Below, piece by piece: positions 53,100-64,000 of a DNA stretch of 64,000 bases. How positions within the stretch are numbered: position 1 is the stretch's first letter; each line of letters begins with the position of its first letter. Position numbers and translations under genes: made by a program. Origin of the DNA: Octopus sinensis (taxonomy: Eukaryota); the NCBI RefSeq assembly GCF_006345805.1, contig NC_043004.1:44516001-44580000 (forward strand). The letters run 5' to 3'. The notes beneath the pieces were generated by a model, which was given only the letters and a program-made list of their open reading frames with translations, did no database searches and was not told where the DNA came from.

Positions 53100-54150
53100 A
53101 ATAAATCCACCGGATATATACATACATATAATAACAAAGAGACGACACCGGAAAATGCAAACGTTATGTAATGACATCCATTATCTTACATCTGTTTCTG
53201 CTATAAGTTCCTATAGCTTCATCGGAGACTTTAAGCTATAGTATGTTATTAAGGTACTCAACTAAGAATCTACCGCATCTTCTAGCAGAAATGGCTGTAA
53301 ACTAACGAGGTTTATTACATAAACTTTGTTTATTCCGGTGTTATTCCTTTGTTTTTAAGGCCATATTAAACTCAGTATGCATATATTGACACGTTCCACA
53401 TCTGTTATCATTACACTTGGATAGTGTGAATGTTTTATCCTGTTTTTTCATGTTGAATTTTGCCTTTCTTAATAATTTCTTTAGGTTATGTCGTTGTCTT
53501 TTGCTTAAGATGAGTGTTTGATTAGTTATGTTTTTGTAATTTTCACTTTGCTTCATAATTGGCAAATTTGTTTTGATGATGTTAAAATTCTTTGGTGATG
53601 CAGATTATTTGTTACTAGAATTGATATTTTGTTCCATTGATATGTTTGTCCTTCTCGTGTTGCCATAAATTGTTCTATAGTTATCTCCTTTGCTCCTTGT
53701 ATGCTATTTTCTATAGGTAGGAGAGGGTATTTTTGCTTGAGCAGAAATACTTTGAGTTCTACAAGTTGTGCGTTTCTGGTATTTCGATCATCTACTATAG
53801 TACAAATTTTCCTGGAAAGACAGTACGGAATGTTGCATTTTGTGTGTGCTGGGAGAAATAATTTGAAATTTAGGTATTGGTGTGTATCTGTGCTTTTGTA
53901 ATAAATATCAGTTGTGATTGTGGTGTTGATTTTAATTACCATTATGTCGAGAAATGGTAATTGTATGTTGTTCATTTCTCTTGTGAATTTGAGACTAGGG
54001 TGTAGGTTGTTGAGGAGCGTGCTGAATTATTTCCACATTTTCTAGGGATATTGTCCAAATAAGGAAATAATCATAGCGTTATCTCTTCCATGTGTCCTCT
54101 ATATGCCTTCCAAAGGTTATGCCGTAGTTTTCTTATATAAGTTTTGTTCC
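53100..54150 (-). mobile_element. Penelope-like element relic: RT C-terminal part plus 3' pLTR, GIY-YIG deleted
   Basis: LNNLHPSLKFTRE, LPFLDIMV, TDIYYKSTDTHQYLNF, HTKCNIPY and SKRQRHNLKKLL...CNDNRCGTC. Confidence 0.88.
53183..53229 (-). ncRNA. Type I hammerhead motif downstream of the PLE RT (U4C variant)
   Basis: GUCU-CCGAUGA-A-GCUAUA-GGAACU-UAUAGC-A-GAAA-CAGAU-GUA-AGAU: 6-bp stem II, 4-bp stem I, one extra A before GAAA. Confidence 0.7.
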
Positions 54151-54636
54151 AATACTGTGGTGTTTAACACACATCAACATTGTAAGGATATTTTAAACAC
54201 GATAATAAAAGACGTGAAAACCACAGCATGTTGTACCTTTATTCAACTGATATATATATATAAAGGCAATAATAAATAGAGTCAAAAGGAAGAGGCATCT
54301 GTATATATGTACATATATTATATATATATGTGTGTGTGTGCATGTCTGTATGTATGTTAGTGTGGGTTTCTGTGTGTGTGTGCATATGTGTGTATGGGGA
54401 TGCTCAGAGATGTAGTGGTATATCCGCGTGTGAGTGTATTTGCGAAATTAAAAAATTTAGTATATGCAGCCTAACATGTGAAACAAAGTAAACAGACAAC
54501 GTACACAATGCCTCTTGTGAAGAGGCACGCTCACACCGTGTGGATTGAAGCTGTCAACTTCTGCTAGATTCAAGGGGGCCAGTTGGACGTGATAGCATGG
54601 ACATCAAACATTTACTTACGGTGACAGTGGTTATAT

Positions 54637-54748
54637 ATCACCTGAGGAAATACAACTAGTTCCTATTATACAGGTAAACCGTTACTTAATTTAAATTTAA
54701 ATCCTACATATATGTGGATCTATGTTGTATCGAATCATGTGTAGTGGT
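54637..54748 (+). ncRNA. Decayed type I hammerhead motif with long stem II
   Basis: AUCAC-CUGAGGA-A-AUACAAC...GUUGUAU-C-GAAU-CAUGU-GUA-GUGGU: 5-bp stem I and 7-bp stem II; GAAA reads GAAU. Confidence 0.6.
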
Positions 54749-54993
54749 CCCTAAACAGCTGTCGAATCGTACTCCCTCTTCCTTTTGACTCTTATTCTTT
54801 CCTTTTTATTTGTCTCACTCGGGGAATGCCTAAGCCTAGATGTGGTAGTATACCATAATACTGCCGGCTATCTGGTAATTCTAAGTATGAACGAGCTCTA
54901 TTTTGTACACTAATACGTTTTTAACAGAATAACCTCTTATATATGTATATATATATATTATATATATATATATAATATTATATATATATATAT

Positions 54994-55027
<34 letters not shown>

Positions 55028-55029
<2 letters not shown>

Positions 55030-55140
55030 GAAATATGTTACGAAAAGAAAATATAAAATACACGTGGAAATGTAAGGGTAAAATATGAAAAATCAACGAA
55101 AATGCATATTGCAAATAGAAAAAGGCTGTTTATGACAGGT
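55028..55140. mobile_element. Single arm of the 47938-48102 MITE family
   Basis: Reverse complement of 48000-48102. Confidence 0.75.
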
Positions 55141-55457
55141 AGTGACAAATATATACATTTAGATTGACTGAGGTAGTAATACGAGTCATAAAGGTCATTA
55201 CTATGAGATGATTATAAGATGATAATAAAGAGAATAAAACGAACCAGTGGTTTACGCCGTGAAGGCTATTCATCGTTTGAACAACTATATATAGTTGGAT
55301 GGATGGATGGATGGATAATTAATAGCGTCAGAAGCCGTATAGTTACCGAAAGGAATATTTATCTCCACTTAAAGTGGGGATAAATATTGTTTTAAAACAC
55401 AGAATACTGCGATAGCTACTATGTAAAAACATCTCATATTGACTTAGGTTTATATGA

Positions 55458-56018
55458 CTAGCGGGAGATATCCTCCGCTATCGCCGCTGGGACAACCAGA
55501 GCACGTGATTTTGGCCTTTCTTGGCTTTGTCAACGATAGACGCCCGGGAGCTGGAAGCAACAATAATTTGTCTGCTAACGATATACATAGAACATTAGTG
55601 CCCAATCAGGTACTGGTGTCGCAAACAACCTATGGGCTTATTAAAAGATCATTAATAGCGTAAGAAATAGTAGTCATTCCAAAAGGTAATGTCTATCCCA
55701 AATTAAAAGTTGGTCATGTGTTAGAGCACGGAATACTGCAATAGTTACTATGAGAGAATCTGTCATATGGACTTATGATAGATATAAGCAATTGTGTTTA
55801 TAACGCTAGTGAGACATATGCCATCTCCGTCGGGCTATCAGATCACATGATTTGCAACACCAGTGCATCATAAGGCACAGGGATTCTGTGTGTACTGCTA
55901 GAAGAGAAATCGTTGCTATCTCTAGCTTTCGGGCGTCTACCATTAAGAAGGCCGAGAAAAACCAAATACACGTGATCTGGTTGTCCACGTGGCGATGGCA
56001 GAAGATTGTCTCCCGTTA
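55458..56018. repeat. Two diverged ~165-bp copies in inverted orientation, possibly Helitron 3' ends
   Basis: 55458-55625 vs reverse complement of 55850-56018; the first ends in CTAG on the minus strand. Confidence 0.6.
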
Positions 56019-56263
56019 CCAATAACAACGTTTGTACTTATATGCACTACAAGTCCATGTGGGAGGTTTTCTCCTTTCAACTACCGCAGTATTCTATGCC
56101 CTAATACGACATCGAATTTCTTTATATATATACATCGAATTACTTATATATATATATATACTTTATATATATATATATTACTTTATATATATATATATAT
56201 ATATTTGTATGTATGCATGTATGCATGTATGTATGTATTTATATTCGGCCTGGTTATTTGCGA

Positions 56264-56327
<64 letters not shown>

Positions 56328-57451
56328 TGTGTTTATGTGTGTGTGTGTGCGTGTGAAGTGTAATGAAAATGGAAGGACGAGGCAAAAAAAAATGCAGAAT
56401 TATATCACGAAAGAAAGATACCAAGAACGGAATAATAAAAGAACAAGAGAAATATAATAGTGTAGAATTACGAGATAAATATTCTCTGTTTTGAGGAGGA
56501 TAAAACGGTCAAATGTTAATATGTGGAAAAGATGAATGTGCGTGAAATGATATCGAGATGTAGATATATTGATGTATTGGCAGAAGACACTGGTCACACG
56601 CCATTGACCGTCGTGATCATCCGTGTGAAGTAGACTGTTTTAGCGATCTACAAGCAGACTGGATAATTGGATAACCGTAAATAAAATCCTTTATAATAGC
56701 ATCAACGTTATCATTATTATTGTTATTAATGTTTTTTGTTGTTTTTTTTTGTTTCTATGTTATTGTTATTTTTGCCAATAACATTACCATTTTTTAACAT
56801 CAACAGATGCCGCTTCAGCAACACTACTACTAAAAACAAGAGAATTTCGAGAAAGGTAACATCTGCAATATTTCAATGTAGCAGATAAATAAACGTAACT
56901 AAATACGACAAAAGTAATATCTGGAATCCAAGAAAACTTCTGATGGTTCTGTAACGGTATCAATTGCTCTATAGTGCAGCTCGATAAAGAGATTGAAGAG
57001 TTCAGTCGGCGAGAGGAATGATCGCTTCTTCCCACTCTGGTGTCTCTGCGTCGTTCTCAGCTTGTCATAAATAGCAACGAAACCTCTCACGCATCAGTCT
57101 TTACTCTCTTTAAAAGAACTCGTTCGATTATGTTGTTTCTGCATTATCTGCAATCAGGAAAAGGATGGGGTGGTCAGAGTTGGAATGTCTTTGTTCATAG
57201 GTCTGCTGAATCAGGATGGCTGGTCTTACAAAGATACAAACCGAGAGAAAACTGTCCCTGGGAGCCTCAACTGGCGAAGTAAAATCCTCAATTACGTTGC
57301 TAATTGATTTCCACTATATTTCAGTTACCTTCCGATCAGATTGGAACTTAGAATCTGTGTTGCTTAATTTGGTTGATTCTGTGAGAGCAGATTGTAACCT
57401 GTCGTCAGAGGTCTCTCAGGGTCTCTTTCCACAGTGTTATTTGTTCAGTAA

Positions 57452-57652
57452 ACTGGTAGAATGCTTTGCGGCATTTTGTCCGTCTTTTACGCCCTAAGTT
57501 CAAATTCCGCCGAGGTTGACTGACTGTCTTCTACCCTTTCACAGTCTTTAAATAAGTACCAATTGAACACTGGAGTTGTTATAATCGACTTACTCCACCA
57601 CACAAAAAAACAAAACATCGCTGGCCTTGTGAAATTATTATTATTATTATTA

Positions 57653-57709
<57 letters not shown>

Positions 57710-58137
57710 CATCATTATTACTAAGACGGCGGGCTGGCAGAATCGTCAGCACGCCGGGCGAAATACTTACCAGTATTTCGTCTGCCGCTACGTTCTGAGT
57801 TCAAATTCCGCCGAGGTCGACTTTGCCTTTCATTCTTTCGGGATCGATTAAATAAGTACCAGTTACGCACTGGGGTCGATATAATCGACTTAATTTGCTT
57901 TTCTGTCCTTGTTTGCCCTCTCTGTGTTTAGCCACTCTTCTGGCTAGTAAAAAAATAGGTATTTCACCCGTCGCTATATTCTGAGTTCACATTTCGCCGA
58001 GATCGATTTTGCATTTCATCCTTTCGGGGTCGATAAATTAAGTATCAGTTACGTACAGTAGTTGATCTAATCGACTGGAACCCTCCCCCAAAATTTCAGG
58101 TCTTGCGCTTATAATAGAAAGGATTATTATTATTATT
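57452..58137 (+). mobile_element. Three tandem SINE type B copies with (ATT)n tails
   Basis: Copies at about 57452-57620, 57725-57892 and 57960-58137; shared gagttcaaattccgccgaggtcgactttgcctttcat...gataaat.agtaccag. Confidence 0.85.
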
Positions 58138-58965
58138 ACTTTTTTTTTCTTCTTTCAAATTTGCTTCCATTTCTTGCCGAGTGTCTTCCCGACTCCTAGG
58201 GCAAAGAAACTCATAGTATACATTGGTAGGCCATTAAACCAAACTCAGTAGTTCGTTCATTTTTTTTTTTTTTTGTTAAAAATACATGAGCAGCAACAGT
58301 TCTCACATCGACAATGCTCTTCTCAATACGTGTGATGTACCAGTTAAGACAATCTTTTGCACTTCTTGCAGGGATGGTAAGCCAGGGATCATTCTCATAT
58401 AATTTTCGGTTCCCTTCTTGATCATTCCTAGCTCCTCTACGATCACTGGTATTGTAACCGCCCTGAGATGCCACATTTTCTCAATTTCAATGAGTAGGTC
58501 TTTATATTTTCTGAGCTTGTCAAACTCTTTCGCTGAGATATTATGATCACAGGGGATGCTCATGTCGATCAATAAGCAAACTTTATTGTTTTGGTCTTTC
58601 ACAACAATATCTGGTTTATTGGCCTTGATGGTTCGGTCTGTATATACTGGAAAGTCCCACAGAATCGTTACATTTTCTCCTTCAGTTACAGCCTCAGGGT
58701 GGTGATTATACCACTTGTCGGCAGTTTTGATATTGTAATGCCGACTTATTAGCCAGTGTAGATATTGGCCAACTCTGTCATGTCTTAATTTATACTCCAC
58801 TGGTGCTAAGACTTTACATCCAGAGATTAGGTGGTCCACTGTTTCAATCATGTCGTTGCAGAATCGGCATTTTGGGTCTGCTCCATTTTTCATCACATTG
58901 GCCTGGTAGTTCCGGGTTAATAGGCTTTGATCTTGAGCAGCCAGGATGAAACCTTTGCTCTTCAT
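58123..58965 (-). mobile_element. R4/Dong-clade retrotransposon 3' end with an open 220-codon C-terminal frame
   Basis: GFILAAQDQSLLTRNY, CRFC...ETVDHLISGC (CCHC), RHDRV, KPDIVVKD...LIDMSIP (PD-(D/E)xK); 3' UTR ends in (TAA)n. Confidence 0.92.
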
Positions 58966-58974
58966 GAAATTTAC

Positions 58975-59112
58975 CTTCTGCGTTCAAGTCCTACCAAGGT
59001 CGAATTTGCCTTTCATTCCTCCAAGGTCGATAATACAAAAGTATTTAAGCCGGAGTATGTGACTTTTCTAAAAACTGACGACCGTGTGCCTAAGTTAGAA
59101 ACAAGTATCGGC
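58975..59112 (+). mobile_element. SINE type B relic
   Basis: aggtcgaatttgcctttcattcctccaaggtcgataa. Confidence 0.65.
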
Positions 59113-59468
59113 CAAAGCTGCTTCAAACATAATTCAAAATTTCAAGTGTTCCAATTGTTCACGCATTTGTATGTGTGCCTATGAAGAGAATAAGCGGATA
59201 CCTATGTCTGTATATAGTGTAAAGCGTGCGTTTACCCCTCTATATACTCTCAGCGTTTATGTATCCTTCTGTAAAGCGTAAGCGTGTGTATATACTTGTG
59301 TATAGTACAAGCGTGTGTATATGCATGTGTGTATGTATATGCCTGTGTATATTATAAGTGTGCCTGCATGTTTGTGTATAGTGTTAGCGTGTGTATATAT
59401 ATCTAAGCATTGTATAAGTATGTGCATATAATGTCAGGATGTATATATGCTTGTATATGGTACAAGAG

Positions 59469-59504
<36 letters not shown>

Positions 59505-59621
59505 TATGCAGTCAGCGACTATGTATGCTTGGTGTAGCGTAAACATGTATGTATACTTGTGTATAGTGTCATATATGTATATGTGTATATATACACGACT
59601 GTATGAACATGTATGTATATT

Positions 59622-59792
59622 GGCGCAGGAGTGGCTGTGTGGTAAGTAGCTTGCTTACCAACCACATGGTTCCGGGTTCAGTCCCACTGCGTGGTACCTT
59701 GGGCATGTGTCTTCTACTATTGCCTCGGGCCGACCAATGCCTTGTGAGTGGATTTGGTAGACGGAAACTGAAAGTAGCCCGTCGTATATATG

Positions 59793-59850
<58 letters not shown>

Positions 59851-60060
59851 CTTGGATGTCTGTGTTTGTCCCCCCAACATCGCTTGACAACCGATGCTGG
59901 TGTGTTTACGTCCCCGTAACTTAGCGGTTCGGCAAAAGAGACCGATACAATAAGAACTAGGCTTACAACGAATTAGTCCTGGGGTAGATTTGCTCGACTA
60001 AAGGCGGTGCTCCAGCGTGGCCGCAGTCAAATGACTGAAACAAGTAAAAGAGTAAAGAGT
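59622..60060 (+). mobile_element. Full-length SINE type A
   Basis: Complete head, core, (TG)n and tail. Confidence 0.92.
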
Positions 60061-62572
60061 ATATATAAATATATGTGTGTGTCTGTGTGTGCCAGTGCTT
60101 GTGTGTGTATGTATGTGTGTATATGTATGTGTATGTATCTGTGTATATATGTATGCATGTATGTGTGTGTCTATAAGTGTATGTGTGTGTGTCTCTGTGT
60201 GTTGTCAGCGTGTGTACAACGAACTGTAGAGAATGGTGTTTCTGATAGCTTAAAATAAAGTATTGTTCAACCATAAATTTCAGTAACTAATAAACATATA
60301 TATATATACACACTATATCTTTTTTTGCCTTCTCCATTTGTAAAGCATAAATGTTCACCAACACGCTCCCGCGCATGCGTGTGTTTAAATAATTTATTCC
60401 TTCCTCTTCTTTTGTGAATGCGTTATTTTAGTTTAAATGTTTATGACTATTTATTGTTTTCAATCTGACTTGTTTTCGCAGCTTGTTATTAGTAGACTTT
60501 TTACCTAATTAAATCAACCTTCAGCACTCTCCTCCTCCTCCTCCACCTTCTTCTTCTTCTTCTTCTTCGCTTTTTTAAAAAAAATTTTAATAAGCTGTAA
60601 GCTAATTTATTTCCAAACTTCTTTTTTGTCTTTGCAAACTAATGAAATTACAGTTTAAATATAAACGCTGAGCACTTCTATGAGTTATACCTTACGTCGG
60701 GTATGGTTGATGCATGCCTGTGTATGTCTCTTTGTGTGTGTGCGTGCGTGTGTTTGTGTGTGTTTGTGTGTGAGTGTGTGTGTGTGCGTGTGTGTGAACA
60801 TACAGAACATACAGAAAAAAGGTAGATGGATAAATAAGATAAGATAGATGTGAGTGAACGTTGAAGAAACCGAGAGGTGGGGGGCCCAGAGAGAAAGACG
60901 ATAGCGTAGAACTAAATCAATGTTGGCTGTTATATTTAACAGATCAACCGACTATATGTCACTAATCAATTAGCTGTAAGTATTGTTGTTGTTATTGTTG
61001 ATGATGATGATGATGATGACGACGACGACGATATTGCTCTTTCGTCCAAGCTTAACTCTAACCAAGCCCGCCTATTATTCCTTAATATGTGTCCGCGATG
61101 TTTGATTTGCAGGTATTTCACTTCTCTTTCTAGTTGATCTAACAATCACATAAGGGGTTTTACCATTTGTTCATAAATAAAGTGAGTGAACCGGCAGAAC
61201 CTCTAGAGAAGCCCTTTACGTCCTGACATCCTCACTTCCGGTTCGCGAATGAAATACTTGTAAAGTTTTGGGTTGAGGGAAATGACTAGGTCCTTTCCCT
61301 CAAAAATTACTGGCCTAAGGAATTACAACCGTGTTTCGTGGTCTGCTACCACAACAGCTCCTTTATAGGATCCAGTTAGCTCAAGACATCATCAGGAGGA
61401 ACCACGTCCGGTTTCGGCCCCTACTCCTCAACCGTTTTGACATGGTGCCCCACCACCCTTTCTGAGGTGTCTTCAGCTCTGGTGTTGGGTGCATTTCTTC
61501 TTTCTTATGTTTCTTGGCCTCTTCGATGTATCGTCAGCGAGTTTCGGTCGGTGACTGACTTGACTGCATTAGAAATATTTATTACCCTAAACATATATAT
61601 TACTGTTGTTGTTCTTACTGTGAATGTAAAATGGCTCCTTGTTTATCACTGGTAGAGCATAACTGAGGGAAATAATGCCCTTTCTATTGAAGAATCTTAC
61701 AAACATTGACACCGAATAAGTATGTAATATTTAAGTGTGTTCTAGAATAAGACTAGGCAACGTGTGTTTGAATTTTAAAATGATAATTGTTATACATTAC
61801 AAGCAGTCTAATTACCAGTTTCTTCATTATTCTATCATTATTTGCATATTTGATATCTAGGGATTTGGTGACAAAAGAAAGCAAATCAAAACACAATATC
61901 TTAGCGTGACATAGTTCCGGTTACTGGAGATTTCTTGAGGGTGATTTACAGAACATGTGTTAATATAATTCTTGAGGTGTTACTAATATTTCAAGTTAGG
62001 TTTGTAGTGTGTTTTTTTGCCCGGCTCTGGAGGAATGCTAAATTATATTTACATTTTTTTTCTCTATTTTATTTAATCTTCTAAGGGCGTAATGTTAATT
62101 TGTACGCTTATTTTAGTGCCATTTAATGGTTTGAGAGAATTTAGAAACAATAAGACAATTCCTTACGGATTTAGATTTTTTCCCGTAGAAACATTAGGCG
62201 AACGGTTTCTCAGTACACAGGCGGCGCCTATAAATACAAGAAAAGACGGAGCCATTCTGATGAGATACAATTATAATTAGGGTGTGATTATTTTAAATTG
62301 TGTAAAATATATCTGAATCTCGATAGACAAAGTAAATACACACACGAATGCGAATATGTGTATGTGTGTGTGTCTGTGCTTATGTTTTTAATGGTGTACT
62401 AAAGAAAAGTTGATTCTTAGTAAAGTGCGAGACGTACACTATTAACTATTAATAAGGTTCAATTTCAGTACAATATATATGTAGCATGCAACATAGCGCG
62501 AAACATTTTATTAGAGATATAGAAATCTTTTGTTAACAACAACAAAAAAATATATATAAAAATTGGTTACAG

Positions 62573-62746
62573 ATGCGCAAAAAATATCGATGTCTCTCTC
62601 TCCAACTAGAGGTGAGTCAAACTATAAAACATGTCGGAAAATAGTACTTTCTTCCATCAACTTCAATGCGGCTGTAGCAACGCTATATCTTATCCTCACA
62701 ATAGCAGGTGTGAAAGCAACCAAGGCTTTTTCGCCAGACAACAACG
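62573..62746 (+). CDS. Candidate pair of 39-nt phase-1 exons (62573-62611 and 62708-62746) of an unidentified gene
   Basis: Donors GAG|gtgagt and ACG|gtaaga, acceptor tcttatcctcacaatagcag; spliced frame DAQKISMSLSPTRGVKATKAFSPDNNG. First acceptor is weak and no homology was recognised. Confidence 0.3.
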
Positions 62747-63164
62747 GTAAGAATTACATTAACCTCACAGAAAATTCATCCAAAAACCCAACGAGCTTAG
62801 TAGACCCGCTCTTTATAACCGAGTTTTAAAAGGATTCCATGTCGCTATCCCTATGTATCTGACAATTGTAGAATAAAGTTATCAACAATTCTAATTTAGT
62901 CTAGTAAATGGGTATATTGTGGAAACCGCAACGTTTTTGTTAAAATGCATGAAAAGATATCTCTTCTGTCTGGTTGAATACAATATAATCACACAATAAT
63001 TCAAAATGTGGTAAAACAAAATAGTTAATGCCATCTAAGGTACTTCCAGTTGCCAAAGGGTATAATGTTCGATAAGCAGAAATATTGAACTTTCTAGTAA
63101 TAGCAGCATCTATATAATGGTTTCAAAATTTGGCACAAGGCCAGTAATTTCGGGGGACGGGATA

Positions 63165-63267
63165 AGCCGATTTAAATGCAATAGATCGATACTAGGGTCA
63201 TAATTATGGGTGACAGTTTCATATGACACCGCTAGAAAAAACTGCCGTTCAAACCGAAAAGATCCAT
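63165..63267. mobile_element. Right end of the 12707-13150 MITE family
   Basis: aaatgcaatagatcgatactagggtcataattatggg...aaaaactgccgttcaaaccgaaaagatcc matches 13055-13150. Confidence 0.85.
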
Positions 63268-63573
63268 ATAAATGCGTGCATGTGCAGTTCTAGGTATTTA
63301 CGTGCTATTTTCTGCCTCTTAGTCTAAGGAAGAGTCGTTCGTGTTTTGGTGGTGTTTTCAGAACACGCATGCGTGTGCCTGTGCGTGTGCCTGTGCGCAT
63401 GCCTGCGTATGTGTATATGTTTTACATGAATTGTATTTGATTGTTTGTTTCTTTGTTGTTTTCCTCCTTTTTTTTTTGTAGGACAGTTTTATGATAATTT
63501 TTGGCGTGTTATTACTGTATCGAGATATTTGTTGCTGAGTGGACTTTGAGTCTCACACACTTATACATATGCG

Positions 63574-63626
<53 letters not shown>

Positions 63627-63796
63627 CAAAGCAGCGTAGGCTGGTATATAAATCGCTACTCTTGTTATTACTGCCATTATCATTTTGGGGAAATAAATAT
63701 ATAATGAAATACAGAAAATAAAATAATAAAAAAAAGATAGATATAAAAAAAGTAAAAAATAAAAATTGACAAATAGAAATAAATTCAAATAAAGCA

Positions 63797-63841
63797 GTAG
63801 TACTAGTGGTAGTGGTGGTGATCGTGGTGGCGGTAGTGGTG

Positions 63842-63885
<44 letters not shown>

Positions 63886-63916
63886 GGTGGTGGTGGTGGT
63901 GGTGGCGGTGGTGTTG

Positions 63917-63956
<40 letters not shown>

Positions 63957-64000
63957 TAGTGGTGGTGGTGGTGGTGGTGGTGGTAGTAGTAGTAGTAGTA
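63797..64000. repeat. (GTA)n/(GTG)n trinucleotide tract running off the window end
   Basis: Direct reading. Confidence 0.95.

Noticed and set aside
55454-55663. Small protein family suggested by two similar ORFs
   Set aside because: Similarity is explained by DNA-level repeat homology; starts and ends do not correspond.

Overview
AT-rich, microsatellite-dense eukaryotic DNA. The repeat families look like those of an octopus genome; this comes from recognising the tRNA-derived SINEs, not from a database search. No complete host gene is visible, and nearly all long ORFs in the track are artefacts of TA/CA/GAA microsatellites. The window is mainly decayed transposons: four tRNA-headed SINE head types with swapped tails and nested insertions, CR1, RTE, L1/Tx1 and R4/Dong LINE fragments, Tc1 and DD37D mariner pseudogenes, non-autonomous Helitrons, several MITE/foldback elements, three Penelope-like (PLE) relics, and a 100-N gap at 20489-20588. 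The most interesting signal is RNA-level. About ten type I hammerhead ribozyme motifs can be folded by eye. Seven belong to two families of ~170-235 bp non-coding mini-elements whose 3' ends abut simple repeats (one of the seven has its core deleted). Two lie just downstream of PLE coding relics, and one sits at the centre of a near-perfect 292-bp palindrome. Five motifs have CCGA rather than CUGA at the start of the core. PLE-linked minimal hammerheads are an established phenomenon; whether these particular families are described or active cannot be determined here. A few short candidate host exons are listed with low confidence. All coordinates and alignments were read by eye.
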